Positions 52,208-64,000 of a stretch of 64,000 nt of DNA are shown here, one piece after another. The translations under genes were made by a program, and so were the position numbers. The notes under the pieces were generated by a model that searched no databases, was not told where the DNA came from, and was given only the letters and a program-made list of their open reading frames with translations. Source of the stretch: Nemertoderma westbladi (lineage: Eukaryota; Animalia; Xenacoelomorpha). The DNA lies in NCBI GenBank assembly GCA_032718475.1, contig JAUCBJ010009153.1:62484-126483 (forward strand). Reading direction: 5' to 3'. The first letter of the stretch is position 1. Each line of letters starts with the position of its first letter.

Positions 52208-55200
52208 AGTACTACCTAGTAAAACAAACAAAGTTCGGCACTCTACCAGTACTACCTAGTGAAACTCAAAGTTCGGCCATCTACCAGTACTACCTAGTAA
52301 AACAAACAAAGTTCGGCACTCTACCGGTACTACCTAGTAAAACAAACAAAGTTCGGCACTCTAGCGGTACTACCTAGTGAAACAAACAAAGTTCGGCACT
52401 CTACCAGTACTACCTAGTGAAACTCAAAGTTCGGCCATCTACCAGTACTACCTAGTAAAACAAACAAAGTTCGGCACTCTACCAGTACTACCTAGTGAAA
52501 CTCAAAGTTCGGCCATCTACCAGTACTACCTAGTAAAACAAACAAAGTTCGGCACTCTACCAGTACTACCCAGTGAAACAAACAAAGTTCGGCACTCTAC
52601 CAGTACTACCTAGTGAAACTCAAAGTCCAGCACTCTACCAGTACTACCTAGTGAAACAAACAAAGTTCGGCACTCTACCGGTACTACCTAGTGAAACAAA
52701 CAAAGTTCGGCACTCTACCAGTACTACCTAGTGAAACTCAATGTTCGGCCATCTACCAGTACTACCTAGTAAAACAAACAAAGTTCGGCACTCTACCAGT
52801 ACTACCTAGTGAAACAAACAAAGTTCGGCACTCTACCGGTACTACCTAGTGAAACTCAAAGTTCGGCACTCTACCAGTACTACCTAGTAAAACAAACAAA
52901 GTGCGGCACTCTAACGGTACTACCTAGTAAAACTCAAAGTTCGGCACTCTACCGATACTACCTAGTAAAACAAACAAAGTGCGGCACTCTACCAGTACTA
53001 CCTAGTAAAACTCAAAGTTCGGCAATCTACCAGTACTACCTAGTAAAACAAACAAAGTTCGGCACTCTACCAGTACTACCCAGTAAAACAAACAAAGTTC
53101 GGCACTCTACCAGTACTACCTAGTAAAACAAACAAAGTGCGGCACTCTACAGGTACTACCTAGTGAAACTCAAAGTTCGGCCATCTACCAGTACTACCTA
53201 GTAAAACAAACAAAGTTCGGCACTCTACCAGTACTACCTAGTGAAACAAACAAAGTTCGGCACTCTACCGGTACTACCTAGTGAAACTCAAAGTCCGGCA
53301 CTCTACCAGTACTACCTAGTAAAACAAACAAAGTGCGGCACTCTACCAGTACTACCTAGTAAAACAAACAAAGTTCGGCACTCTACCGGTACTACCTAGT
53401 AAAACAAACAAGGTGCGGCACTCTACCAGTACTACCTAGTAAAACGCAAAGTCCGGCACTCTACCGGTACTACCTAGTGAAACAAACAAAGTTCGGCACT
53501 CTACCAGTACTACCTAGTAAAACAAACAAAGTGCGGCACTCTACCAGTACTACCTAGTAAAACTCAAAGTCCGGCACTCTACCGGTACTACCTAGTGAAA
53601 CAAACAAAGTCCGGCACTCTACCAGTACTACCTAGTGAAACTCAAAGTTCGGCAATCTACCAGTACTACTTAGTAAAACAAACAAAGTGCGGCACTCTAC
53701 CAGTACTACCTAGTAAAACTCAAAGTCCGGCACTCTACCAGTACTACCTAGTAAAACAAACAAAGTTCGGCACTCTACCGGTACTACCTCGTAAAACAAA
53801 GAAAGTGCGGCACTCTTCCAGTACTACCTAGTAAAACAAACAAAGTGCGGCACTCTACCAGTACTACCTAGTAAAACAAACAAAGTTCGGCACTCTACCG
53901 GTACTACCTAGTAAAACAAACAAAGTGCGGCACTCTACCAGTACTACCTAGTAAAACAAACAAAGTCCGGCACTCTACTAGTACTACCTAGTAAAACAAA
54001 CAAAGTGCGGCACTCTACCAGTACTACCTCGTAAAACAAAGAAAGTGCGGCACTCTTCCAGTACTACCTAGTAAAACAAACAAAGTGCGGCACTCTACCG
54101 GTACTACCTCGTAAAACAAAGAAAGTGCGGCACTCTTCCAGTACTACCTAGTAAAACAAACAAAGTGCGGCACTCTACCAGTACTACCTAGTAAAACAAA
54201 CAAAGTGCGGCACTCTACCAGTACTACCTAGTAAAACAAACAAAGTGCGGCACTCTACCAGTACTACCTAGTAAAACAAACAAAGTGCGGCACTCTACCG
54301 GTACTACCTCGTAAAACAAACAAAGTGCGGCACTCTACCGGTACTACCTCGTAAAACAAAGAAAGTGCGGCACTCTTCCAGTACTACCTAGTAAAACAAA
54401 CAAAGTGCGGCACTCTACCAGTACTACCTAGTAAAACAAACAAAGTGCGGCACTCTACCTGTACTCCCTATTAAAACAAACAAAGTCCGGCACTCTACCA
54501 GTACTACCTAGTAAAACAAACAAAGTGCGGCACTCTACCAGTACTACCTAGTAAAACTCAAAGTTCGGCACTCTACCGGTACCACCTAGTAAAACTCAAA
54601 GTTCGGCAATCTACCAGTACTACCTAGTAAAACAAACAAAGTTCGGCACTCTACCAGTACTACCTAGTGAAACAAACAAAGTGCGGCACTCTACCAGTAC
54701 TACCTAGTAAAACAAACAAAGTCCGGCACTCTACTAGTACTACCTAGTAAAACAAACAAAGTGCGGCACTCTACCAGTACTACCTAGTAAAACAAACAAA
54801 GTGCGGCACTCTACCGGTACTACCTAGTAAAACAAACAAAGTTCGGCACTCTACCAGTACTACCTAGTGAAACAAACAAAGTGCGGCACTCTACCAGTAC
54901 TACCTAGTAAAACAAACAAAGTCCGGCACTCTACTAGTACTACCTAGTAAAACTCAAAGTTCGGCACTCTACCAGTACTACCTAGTAAAACAAACAAAGT
55001 GCGGCACTCTACCGGTACTACCTAGTAAAACAAACAAAGTTCGGCACTCTACCGGTACTACCTAGTGAAACAAACAAAGTCCGGCACTCTACCGGTACTA
55101 CCTAGTGAAACTCAAAGTCCGGCACTCTACCGGTACTACCTAGTGAAACTCAAAGTTCGGCACTCTACCAGTACTACCTAGTAAAACAAACAAAGTTCGG

Positions 55201-58200
55201 CACTCTACCGGTACTACCTAGTGAAACAAACAAAGTCCGGCACTCTACCAGTACTACCTAGTGAAACAAACAAAGTGCGGCACTCTACCGGTACTACCTA
55301 GTGAAACAAACAAAGTCCGGCACTCTACCAGTACTACCTAGTGAAACAAACAAAGTTCGGCACTCTACCGGTACTACCTAGTGAAACAAACAAAGTCCGG
55401 CACTCTACCAGTACTACCTAGTGAAACAAACAAAGTGCGGCACTCTACCAGTACTATCTAGTAAAACAAACAAAGTCCGGCACTCTACTAGTACTACCTA
55501 GTAAAACAAACAAAGTGCGGCACTCTACCAGTACTACCTAGTAAAACAAACAAAGTCCGGCACTCTACTAGTACTACCTAGTAAAACTCAAAGTTCGGCA
55601 CTCTACCAGTACTACCTAGTAAAACAAACAAAGTGCGGCACTCTACCGGTACTACCTAGTAAAACCAACAAAGTCCGGCACTCTACCAGTACTACCTAGT
55701 GAAACAAACAAAGTTCGGCACTCTACCGGTACTACCTAGTGAAACAAACAAAGTCCGGCACTCTACCAGTACTACCTAGTGAAACAAACAAAGTTCGGCA
55801 CTCTACCGGTACTACCTAGTGAAACAAACAAAGTCCGGCACTCTACCAGTACTACCTAGTGAAACAAACAAAGTGCGGCACTCTACCAGTACTATCTAGT
55901 AAAACAAACAAAGTCCGGCACTCTACTAGTACTACCTAGTAAAACAAACAAAGTGCGGCACTCTACCAGTACTACCTAGTAAAACAAACAAAGTGCGGCA
56001 CTCTACCGGTACTACCTAGTAAAACCAACAAAGTGCGGCAATCTACCAGTACTACCTAGTAAAACTCAAAGTTCGGCGCTCTACCAGTACTACCTAGTAA
56101 AACAAACAAAGTCCGGCACTCTACCAGTACTACCCAGTAAAACAAACAAAGTTCGGCACTCTACCGGTACTACCTAGTGAAACAAACAAAGTCCGGCACT
56201 CTACCGGTACTACCTAGTGAAACTCAAAGTCCGGCACTCTACCAGTACTACCTAGTAAAACAAACAAAGTTCGGCACTCTACCGGTACTACCTAGTGAAA
56301 CAAACAAAGTCCGGCACTCTACCAGTACTACCTAGTGAAACAAACAAAGTGCGGCACTCTACCAGTACTATCTAGTAAAACAAACAAAGTCCGGCACTCT
56401 ACTAGTACTACCTAGTAAAACAAACAAAGTGCGGCACTCTACCAGTACTACCTAGTAAAACAAACAAAGTCCGGCACTCTACTAGTACTACCTAGTAAAA
56501 CTCAAAGTTCGGCACTCTACCAGTACTACCTAGTAAAACAAACAAAGTGCGGCACTCTACCGGTACTACCTAGTAAAACCAACAAAGTGCGGCAATCTAC
56601 CAGTACTACCTAGTAAAACTCAAAGTTCGGCGCTCTACCAGTACTACCTAGTAAAACAAACAAAGTCCGGCACTCTACCAGTACTACCCAGTAAAACAAA
56701 CAAAGTTCGGCACTCTACCGGTACTACCTAGTGAAACAAACAAAGTCCGGCACTCTACCGGTACTACCTAGTGAAACTCAAAGTCCGGCACTCTACCGGT
56801 ACTACCTAGTGAAACTCAAAGTTCGGCACTCTACCAGTACTACCTAGTGAAACTCAAAGTCCGGCACTCTACCAGTACTACCTAGTAAAACAAACAAAGT
56901 TCGGCACTCTACCGGTACTACCTAGTGAAACAAACAAAGTCCGGCACTCTACCGGTACTACCTAGTGAAACTCAAAGTCCGGCACTCTACCGGTACTACC
57001 TAGTGAAACTCAAAGTTCGGCACTCTACCAGTACTACCTAGTGAAACTCAAAGTCCGGCACTCTACCAGTACTACCTAGTGAAACAAACAAAGTGCGGCA
57101 CTCTATCAGTACTACCTAGTGAAACTCAAAGTTCGGCCATCTACCAGTACTACCTAGTAAAACAAACAAAGTTCGGCACTCTACCAGTACTACCTAGTGA
57201 AACAAACAAAGTTCGGCACTCTACCGGTACTACCTAGTGAAACTCAAAGTTCGGCACTCTACCAGTACTACCTAGTAAAACAAACAAAGTGCGGCACTCT
57301 AACGGTACTACCTAGTAAAACTCAAAGTTCGGCACTCTACCGATACTACCTAGTAAAACAAACAAAGTGCGGCACTCTACCAGTACTACCTAGTAAAACT
57401 CAAAGTTCGGCAATCTACCAGTACTACCTAGTAAAACAAACAAAGTTCGGCACTCTACCAGTACTACCTAGTGAAACTCAAAGTTCGGCCATCTACCAGT
57501 ACTACCTAGTAAAACAAACAAAGTTCGGCACTCTACCAGTACTACCTAGTGAAACAAACAAAGTTCGGCACTCTACCGGTACTACCTAGTGAAACTCAAA
57601 GTCCGGCACTCTACCAGTACTACCTAGTAAAACAAACAAAGTGCGGCACTCTACCAGTACTACCTAGTAAAACAAACAAAGTTCGGCACTCTACCGGTAC
57701 TACCTTGTAAAACAAACAAAGTGCGGCACTCTACCAGTACTACCTAGTAAAACTCAAAGTCCGGCACTCTACCGGTACTACCTAGTGAAACAAACAAAGT
57801 TCGGCACTCTACCAGTACTACCTAGTAAAACAAACAAAGTGCGGCACTCTACCAGTACTACCTAGTAAAACTCAAAGTCCGGCACTCTACCGGTACTACC
57901 TAGTGAAACAAACAAAGTCCGGCACTCTACCAGTACTACCTAGTGAAACTCAAAGTTCGGCAATCTACCAGTACTACCTAGTAAAACAAACAAAGTGCGG
58001 CACTCTACCAGTACTACCTAGTAAAACTCAAAGTCCGGCACTCTACCAGTACTACCTAGTAAAACAAACAAAGTTCGGCACTCTACCGGTACTACCTAGT
58101 AAAACAAAGGAAGTGCGGCACTCTACCAGTACTACCTAGTAAAACAAACAAAGTGCGGCACTCTACCAGTACTACCTAGTAAAACAAACAAAGTTCGGCA

Positions 58201-58734
58201 CTCTACCGGTACTACCTAGTAAAACAAACAAAGTGCGGCACTCTACTAGTACTACCTAGTAAAACAAACAAAGTGCGGCACTCTACCTGTACTCCCTATT
58301 AAAACAAACAAAGTCCGGCACTCTACGAGTACTACCTAGTAAAACAAACAAAGTGCGGCACTCTACCAGTACTACCTAGTAAAACTCAAAGTTCGGCACT
58401 CTACCGGTACCACCTAGTAAAACTCAAAGTTCGGCAATCTACCAGTACTACCTAGTAAAACAAACAAAGTTCGGCACTCTACCAGTACTACCTAGTGAAA
58501 CAAACAAAGTGCGGCACTCTACCAGTACTACCTAGTAAAACAAACAAAGTCCGGCACTCTACTAGTACTACCTAGTAAAACAAACAAAGTGCGGCACTCT
58601 ACCAGTACTACCTAGTAAAACAAACAAAGTGCGGCACTCTACCGGTACTACCTAGTAAAACAAACAAAGTTCGGCACTCTACCAGTACTACCTAGTGAAA
58701 CAAACAAAGTGCGGCACTCTACCAGTACTACCTA
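52208..58734. repeat. Tandem 40/38-bp satellite array
   Basis: Same monomer. Ends abruptly mid-monomer at ...ACTACCTA. Confidence 0.98.
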
Positions 58735-58871
58735 TGATGAATTATTTCACTATAAGGTAGCATTTGTAGTTTAACTTTAACGTAAAAACTTTCGAAAATC
58801 CGACGTATTTTGATTAAGTTACAGTAATGTAATATGCCTATTCATATTTGTACACATAAAACCCTTAGGTA

Positions 58872-58947
58872 CTCTCGTGGCGTAGTGGTCAGATGGTTAA
58901 GGCGTTGGTTACATTACATAGGTTACGAGGTCGAATCCCGGTCGGGA
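58872..58947 (+). pseudogene. tRNA-derived sequence (SINE head or tRNA pseudogene)
   Basis: Box A TGGCGTAGTGG and box B-like GGTCGAATCCC with tRNA-like spacing. The cloverleaf is degenerate. Confidence 0.55.
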
Positions 58948-60572
58948 AATTTGTATTTTGGGGCCATTTATTTTCGTTTGGTGCTAATTGGTAGGCCAAT
59001 GAGAAGCGTACAGCGTAGCGAATGATGAGCCAGGCCAATCATAGGGTGTAAAAGCTTTTGTGGGATAACTGATTCGTTTGCCTTGTTGGCCAGTTCCCCC
59101 CCAGTCGCTAAGAATACTCTCAAAGTGATCTACAGCTAAAAATAGTGCAAGTTACCAGCTTATTGGCTGATTTGCTGTACGCAGGCATCTGGGCTCTGTT
59201 TAATCGGCCAACAAGCCTAGGGAGGTTGCGTCATAGCCTTGTTTTTGTATCTCCCAATAGAATTTGAGTTAGCCTTGATTTTGACCTATCACAGGCTACT
59301 GAACTGAAATTTGCCTATCTCACTGCTCTTTCTCTGTGTTGAACGGGAGCTTCGTGGAATAAGGGAGTTGGTATCCTCGTATAGAGCAGTAGTCACGAGT
59401 TTTTCAAAGCCACGAAAGAACGGCTTTTTAGTGTTTTGTGCTTTCTGCTTTTTAGCTCAACACTAGTAGGTTTAATTATAAGGACATATATCCTTTAACT
59501 GGCGACAGCAACTGCTGCCACACGGCTTTTAATAACTGCTGAAACTGCTAAAATTACCTGCTCAATCAATACTGTATACTGCTATTTGTTGTCAGTTATT
59601 CATTATATTTGTTGATGAATTATTATATTGGAATAACGAGAAATAACCCCGACACCCAATATTCTTGATATACCGAAGGTAAGAGAGAAAGGTTACCAAT
59701 AACGATTGTGACTTATGTTAAAGTGGTTTGAAGTGAATCTAATGTTATTTGATAGACCCTACATGAGTCAGTCTGTGTTCCTTCTATACGTGACTAAAAT
59801 CAGTGAAGATTGGCAGATTAGTGTGCAGTATTGTGCAGCATTGCGTATGAGTGAGTCTGTTAAAGAAGCATTTCCTAAAGAATGTGCCATATATGTGAAA
59901 TATAATTAAGCCATATCGTTGTGAGTAGTTTAAGTCATAACTCTGTTTATATAGATAAAGCGCCACGTCCTAAAGGAACTGTTAATATTCCCGAAGGTGA
60001 ATAATATTGTCAGAGATTATATAATACTGTCAGTCGAATAATACATTAGGCTTACATAGCAATAAAATTAAACCGTCGAACCCAATCTCCCGGGAATATC
60101 CAGCGGGTGAATGGTCGCGCACAGATTGGTTTCGACTAGTGTAGTGAATCAAATACTTGTCATAGGCTAAAAAGCGATTTAATATCTAGAAGACATCTTA
60201 ATTTGGCGGGTTAAACTGCCAAAGGTCTGAAAGCGCGAACATTAAAGGATATAGCTTCTTTGTTGCAGTAAGCAATAAAGTTGAAAGTACCGGTCAACCG
60301 GTAAACCTGAATCGGTACATCTGTAGGTCAGTAGGCCCAACCGCTAGAACCGGTACTTCTGTAGGTCCGTAGGCCTAACTGTCCTAACCGGTACCTCCCG
60401 TATAAGTACATTAGTATTATTCGATTTGATTGTTGTATACCGGTAGGTCTTAGTATTTAATCAGGGAACGGCCGCCCTGGTTTTTTATTGAGATTTTACT
60501 TATTTCTGTCAAGTTTTATTTGTTTGTAGGCCAGTATTGAACAGAAGGCGTGTAAGCCTGATCAGATTGTAC

Positions 60573-61148
60573 AGACAATTTGTAGGCTGAGCTGTTGTCT
60601 GATTGCTGTTAAGTCCGAACGGATTGCCGCGTGTGTAGATCATCTGTCCGATTAAGTACGTTTAGGCAGTAGGGGCAGCGAACGCTGTAAGGTAAACCCC
60701 CAACTAAAGAATAAGTCGCACTACTGGGTTAGAGCGCATACTCCCTAATCATTTCAGAGTCTGCATGTCCTGTAGTTTATTTAGGCTTGAGAGTAGTCTG
60801 CCATCGTTTAGTCTGTACTTTGTTTGTGTAAGTCTGTACGGGTAGCGTATAATTTTATTTAGATAATTTGTAGGCTGGATAGTTGTCTGGCTGTTATTAG
60901 GTCTGAGCGGATTGCCGCGTGTGTAGATCATCTGTCCGATTAAGTACGGTTAGGCAGTAGGGGCAGCGAACGCTGTAAGGTAAACCCCCAACTAAAGAAT
61001 AAGTCGCACTACTGGGTTAGAGCGCATACTCCCTAATCATTTCGGAGTCTGCATATACCGTAGTTTGTTTAGGCTTGATAGTAGTCTGTCAGTGTTCGGT
61101 CTGTATTTTGTTTGAGTAGTTTGTACGCGTAGCGTAATATTTATTATT
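60573..61148. repeat. Two tandem copies of a 288-bp unit
   Basis: 60573-60860 versus 60861-~61148, constant offset 288. Confidence 0.9.
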
Positions 61149-62465
61149 CAGAGTTTATGCGATTATCCGCAACATTCATTCCCCAAGTTTGTTCCTACAG
61201 TAATTGTGTTTGTTATACATACCGCTATAGTTAAATTAACCCCGGTACTACACGGGCTGCTCGGCGTAGGTAAAGACTGGTGATTTTGTGCATCGGTCAC
61301 TCCAGCAGATGCCGTGGTTCTTTTAGCTGTTCAAGTATATTTAACTACTGATTATCTGTTGTACAAGTACTCGTACCTAATTTAGGGTTTAGTGTACAGT
61401 ACTTTCCGAAGTAATTATTGTAGACATTATATCTGTGTTGTAAAGTGGTTGATAGGCACATTCGATTAGCTCTATTAACTTCTAGGTAGGAACACTCCGT
61501 GATACATAACGTAGAACCTATAGCGATACGGCTATAGGTCGTCAGGCGGTGGTATTTTCCTATCTAGACAACGCAGTGTATTTACTACTACTTATTATTT
61601 CAAATACCGTAGTACCCTGTCCGTTGTAATAACCGGTTATCTAACCCTTTGTTAGGCTGGTTTGTAGACTTCTTGTAAAATTACCCTAAAAATTCGTATT
61701 TTGTGTTTTTTTGTAAATTTTTGTGTTTATTTAGAGATTGTAATCTCACCCGAATTGTACGTAATTTGTAGTATTAAGTAACTTAGGTAAATTAGTATTA
61801 TTTGTTTTAGTGTCCTATAAGTAACACTTCATTGAAAGCGCACCGCTTTGTGTAGTGATTACTCCCCAGAAATAATAACATTTATTTCAAACATTGACTA
61901 AACCCATTAAAACGGGTATATATATATTATAAATCAAATCTAACGATTTATAAATAGTAGGCCTACCATATAACAATTAGGTCTCCATATCAGTTGGACT
62001 ACTGCTCAAATAACGGTAATAAAGTAAGTAAAGTAACAAAGTAACCCTAAAGTAACAGAAATTCAATTATTTGAAATAATTGATATACCGGTATTTACGA
62101 TAGGCCTATTATCTTTATTTCTATAAATCTAGGCTGAAATTATACCGGTACTTGTAATTAATTCTATTTCAGAATTATATATCCTACAAACTGTAAGCTG
62201 TATACCGGTATTCCAGATAGGCCTATTATATATTTATATATATTGGTGCTAAAATTATACCGGTATTCTGTGATAAACCTAGTCTGTAATAATACTTATA
62301 TACTTATATATACTATAAGTATACCGGTATTCTAATATATTATATATACCACGCTGCATTGAGTAGCAATACTGGTAATTAATTATTAGGCTAACAGTTA
62401 ATACTGAGTTACTAGACTTGCTCAGACTGTAATACAGCAGTAGACATTCAACGGTATACATAGTC

Positions 62466-64000
62466 ATGTCTGATACTAAGCAGAACCTGTCAGACAGTAT
62501 ATTAGATGTAACTATCTGCGACTCAGATAGAGACGTACAACCGTCTGGTCGTAAATTCAGTTCACCTCCCACTGTGAGGAAGGTCATCCCTCCAGTAGTA
62601 ATAACAGAACCTAGGCTAGTCCAACATCGTAGGTCTATCATAGGCACTCGAGCTCAGGTCAAGCGGGACCAAGAAGCAGCGGAACAGCAACAACCCGCGA
62701 GTCAAGAACTTATTCCTCAGCGGCCCAGCAGCTCCAGTAGTGAGGATACTGTAGAGCTGACACCCGAGCGCGGAGCAGAGATGACGGATGCGGTTTATAC
62801 GGATCCCCTTCTCATCCTTCCTGCAGCCGTACTCACTAGGTTATTGATCGCGGTGGAAGAACACCAGATCGATTGGGCGAGGAGTCAACGATCAACTAGA
62901 GATAGTTATGCGGGGTACACGAGGGAAGAATTGAAGTCTATTGTCGAGTCGCAATGGAACTTCCCCGGACCCGGACTCCCGTTTGATTTATCAGAAGCTG
63001 CCTGGGAAGACATACACCGTATGGGAGTAGCCAAAGAAACCATCGATCCAGCTGTATGGAAGAGGTCCGCAGCCGGATACGCACAGGGATTCTTCAGCTC
63101 TATGGAGCGAGTAGAAAGACAACTGTTTAAACAACCTCAAGGACCTCAAGAGCAGGGATCGCTGCTTTATCAAGTTAGAGAAAGAGTTCTACGAATTAGG
63201 CTAATATTATCGGCCTTTGAGGAGGCTTCTAAACGAAGACAAGACACGTCGTTGCAAGTCGCCGTAAAGACTTGGTTTCAAAGGGTGAATCTCCAGGTTC
63301 AAGGAACAGCTCAGTGGAAAGCTCAGCTGGAGGAGCGATCAACCCATGGAGAATCAACAGACGCTACTTTTTCCCAAGTGGAAAGTGAAGCGACGGCAGA
63401 GAAACCGCATAAGAGGGATGCCATTGACATCTATCTGTCAGACTATCAACGTTTTTTAGGTGATGACGAGTTGAGGAGAAGGTTAGAGGGACTTAGCCCT
63501 AATAGCGAAGGAACCAAGCTTGTGTTGGATGCCATCGATGTGGAAATGAGGGCTGCGAATCAGGCTAAATTTGATGAACAACTCCGCCTGACACGAGTCC
63601 AAGAAGAACAAGTAAAGAAAAAACGTATAGAAGACAGAAAGAAAGCAGCAGTGGTAGCTGCAGAAGCAGAAAGAAAAGTGGCAGCGGCAGAGGCAGCAGC
63701 AGAGGCAAAAGCGGCAACGGCAGCGGCAGAGGCAAAGGCGGCAGAGGCAGCGGCAGAGGCAAAGGCGGCAGAGGCAGCGGCAGAAGCAAAGGCGACCTTG
63801 GCAGAAGCAGCAGCTGAAAGAAAGGCGGCAGAGGCAGTGGCAGAAGCAGAACGGAGAGCGACTGAAGAAACCACCCAGTTAGAATTGGAAAACATTCAGG
63901 AGAATCAAGACTGCATAAATAAACAGTTAACGGCTAGCAATATGCAGATGATGGATCGATCTACTCCCAAAAGACAGGGATATACATCATCGGAGGAAGG
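62466..64000 (+). CDS. Uncharacterised protein, at least 511 aa, Gag/ORF1-like with Ala/Glu/Lys coiled coil (3'-incomplete)
   Basis: ATG at 62466 (MSDTKQNLSDSILDVTICD...), hand-translated with no stop to the window end. AEAKAAEAA repeats at about 63660-63860. Omitted from the ORF track because it has no stop. Confidence 0.8.
   Translation, partial: MSDTKQNLSDSILDVTICDSDRDVQPSGRKFSSPPTVRKVIPPVVITEPRLVQHRRSIIGTRAQVKRDQEAAEQQQPASQELIPQRPSSSSSEDTVELTPERGAEMTDAVYTDPLLILPAAVLTRLLIAVEEHQIDWARSQRSTRDSYAGYTREELKSIVESQWNFPGPGLPFDLSEAAWEDIHRMGVAKETIDPAVWKRSAAGYAQGFFSSMERVERQLFKQPQGPQEQGSLLYQVRERVLRIRLILSAFEEASKRRQDTSLQVAVKTWFQRVNLQVQGTAQWKAQLEERSTHGESTDATFSQVESEATAEKPHKRDAIDIYLSDYQRFLGDDELRRRLEGLSPNSEGTKLVLDAIDVEMRAANQAKFDEQLRLTRVQEEQVKKKRIEDRKKAAVVAAEAERKVAAAEAAAEAKAATAAAEAKAAEAAAEAKAAEAAAEAKATLAEAAAERKAAEAVAEAERRATEETTQLELENIQENQDCINKQLTASNMQMMDRSTPKRQGYTSSEE

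Larger units (their letters stand above)
58735..64000 (+). mobile_element. Probable 5' part of a further large retroelement (incomplete in window)
   Basis: Sharp junction with the satellite starting TG, a cluster of CCAAT boxes at 58990-59260, PBS-like TGGCGAC at 59500, a long UTR-like region and an intronless coiled-coil ORF. No second terminus is visible. Confidence 0.45.

Noticed and set aside
1380-58139. Short ORFs such as MKQTKFGTLPVLPSETQ... in the satellite
   Set aside because: They arise because a 40+38 = 78-bp dimer keeps the frame open. They use TTG/GTG starts and have no coding signal.
116-58734. CRISPR array
   Set aside because: The units are contiguous near-identical monomers with no unique spacers and no cas genes, and the context is eukaryotic.
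62279-63895. Minus-strand ORFs (62279-62647, 62991-63173, 63560-63895, 63565-63789)
   Set aside because: They are antisense shadows of the long plus-strand ORF.

Overview
This is eukaryotic heterochromatin-like DNA, probably from an animal, not a prokaryotic locus. About two thirds of the window is a tandem satellite with a 40-bp monomer (GGCACTCTACCRGTACTACCTAGTRAAACAAACAAAGTBC) and a 38-bp variant (...AAACTCAAAGT...), organised into kb-scale higher-order duplications, with a 100-N assembly gap at 9513-9612. Four insertions interrupt the array. (1) A 5'-truncated CR1-group (L2/Crack-like) LINE appears three times at the same satellite position (1-115, 12479-13889, 26135-33550). (2) A 6.0-kb non-coding insertion in one LINE 3'UTR (27387-33391) consists of two diverged ~3-kb units. 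Their junctions (left ends CGAG/CAAG, right ends GTGGGA on the minus strand abutting CAAG, no clear TSD, subterminal hairpins with covarying stems, an internal tRNA-like cassette) resemble IS91-type rolling-circle elements. This is the best candidate for something undescribed. (3) A young non-autonomous BEL/Pao-like LTR element (45135-52207) has a 5-bp TSD, a disrupted gag, and tandem repeats in place of pol. (4) From 58735 there is unique sequence with a tRNA-derived head, a 288-bp direct repeat and an ORF of at least 511 codons that runs off the window and is missing from the supplied track. All coordinates and comparisons were made by eye.
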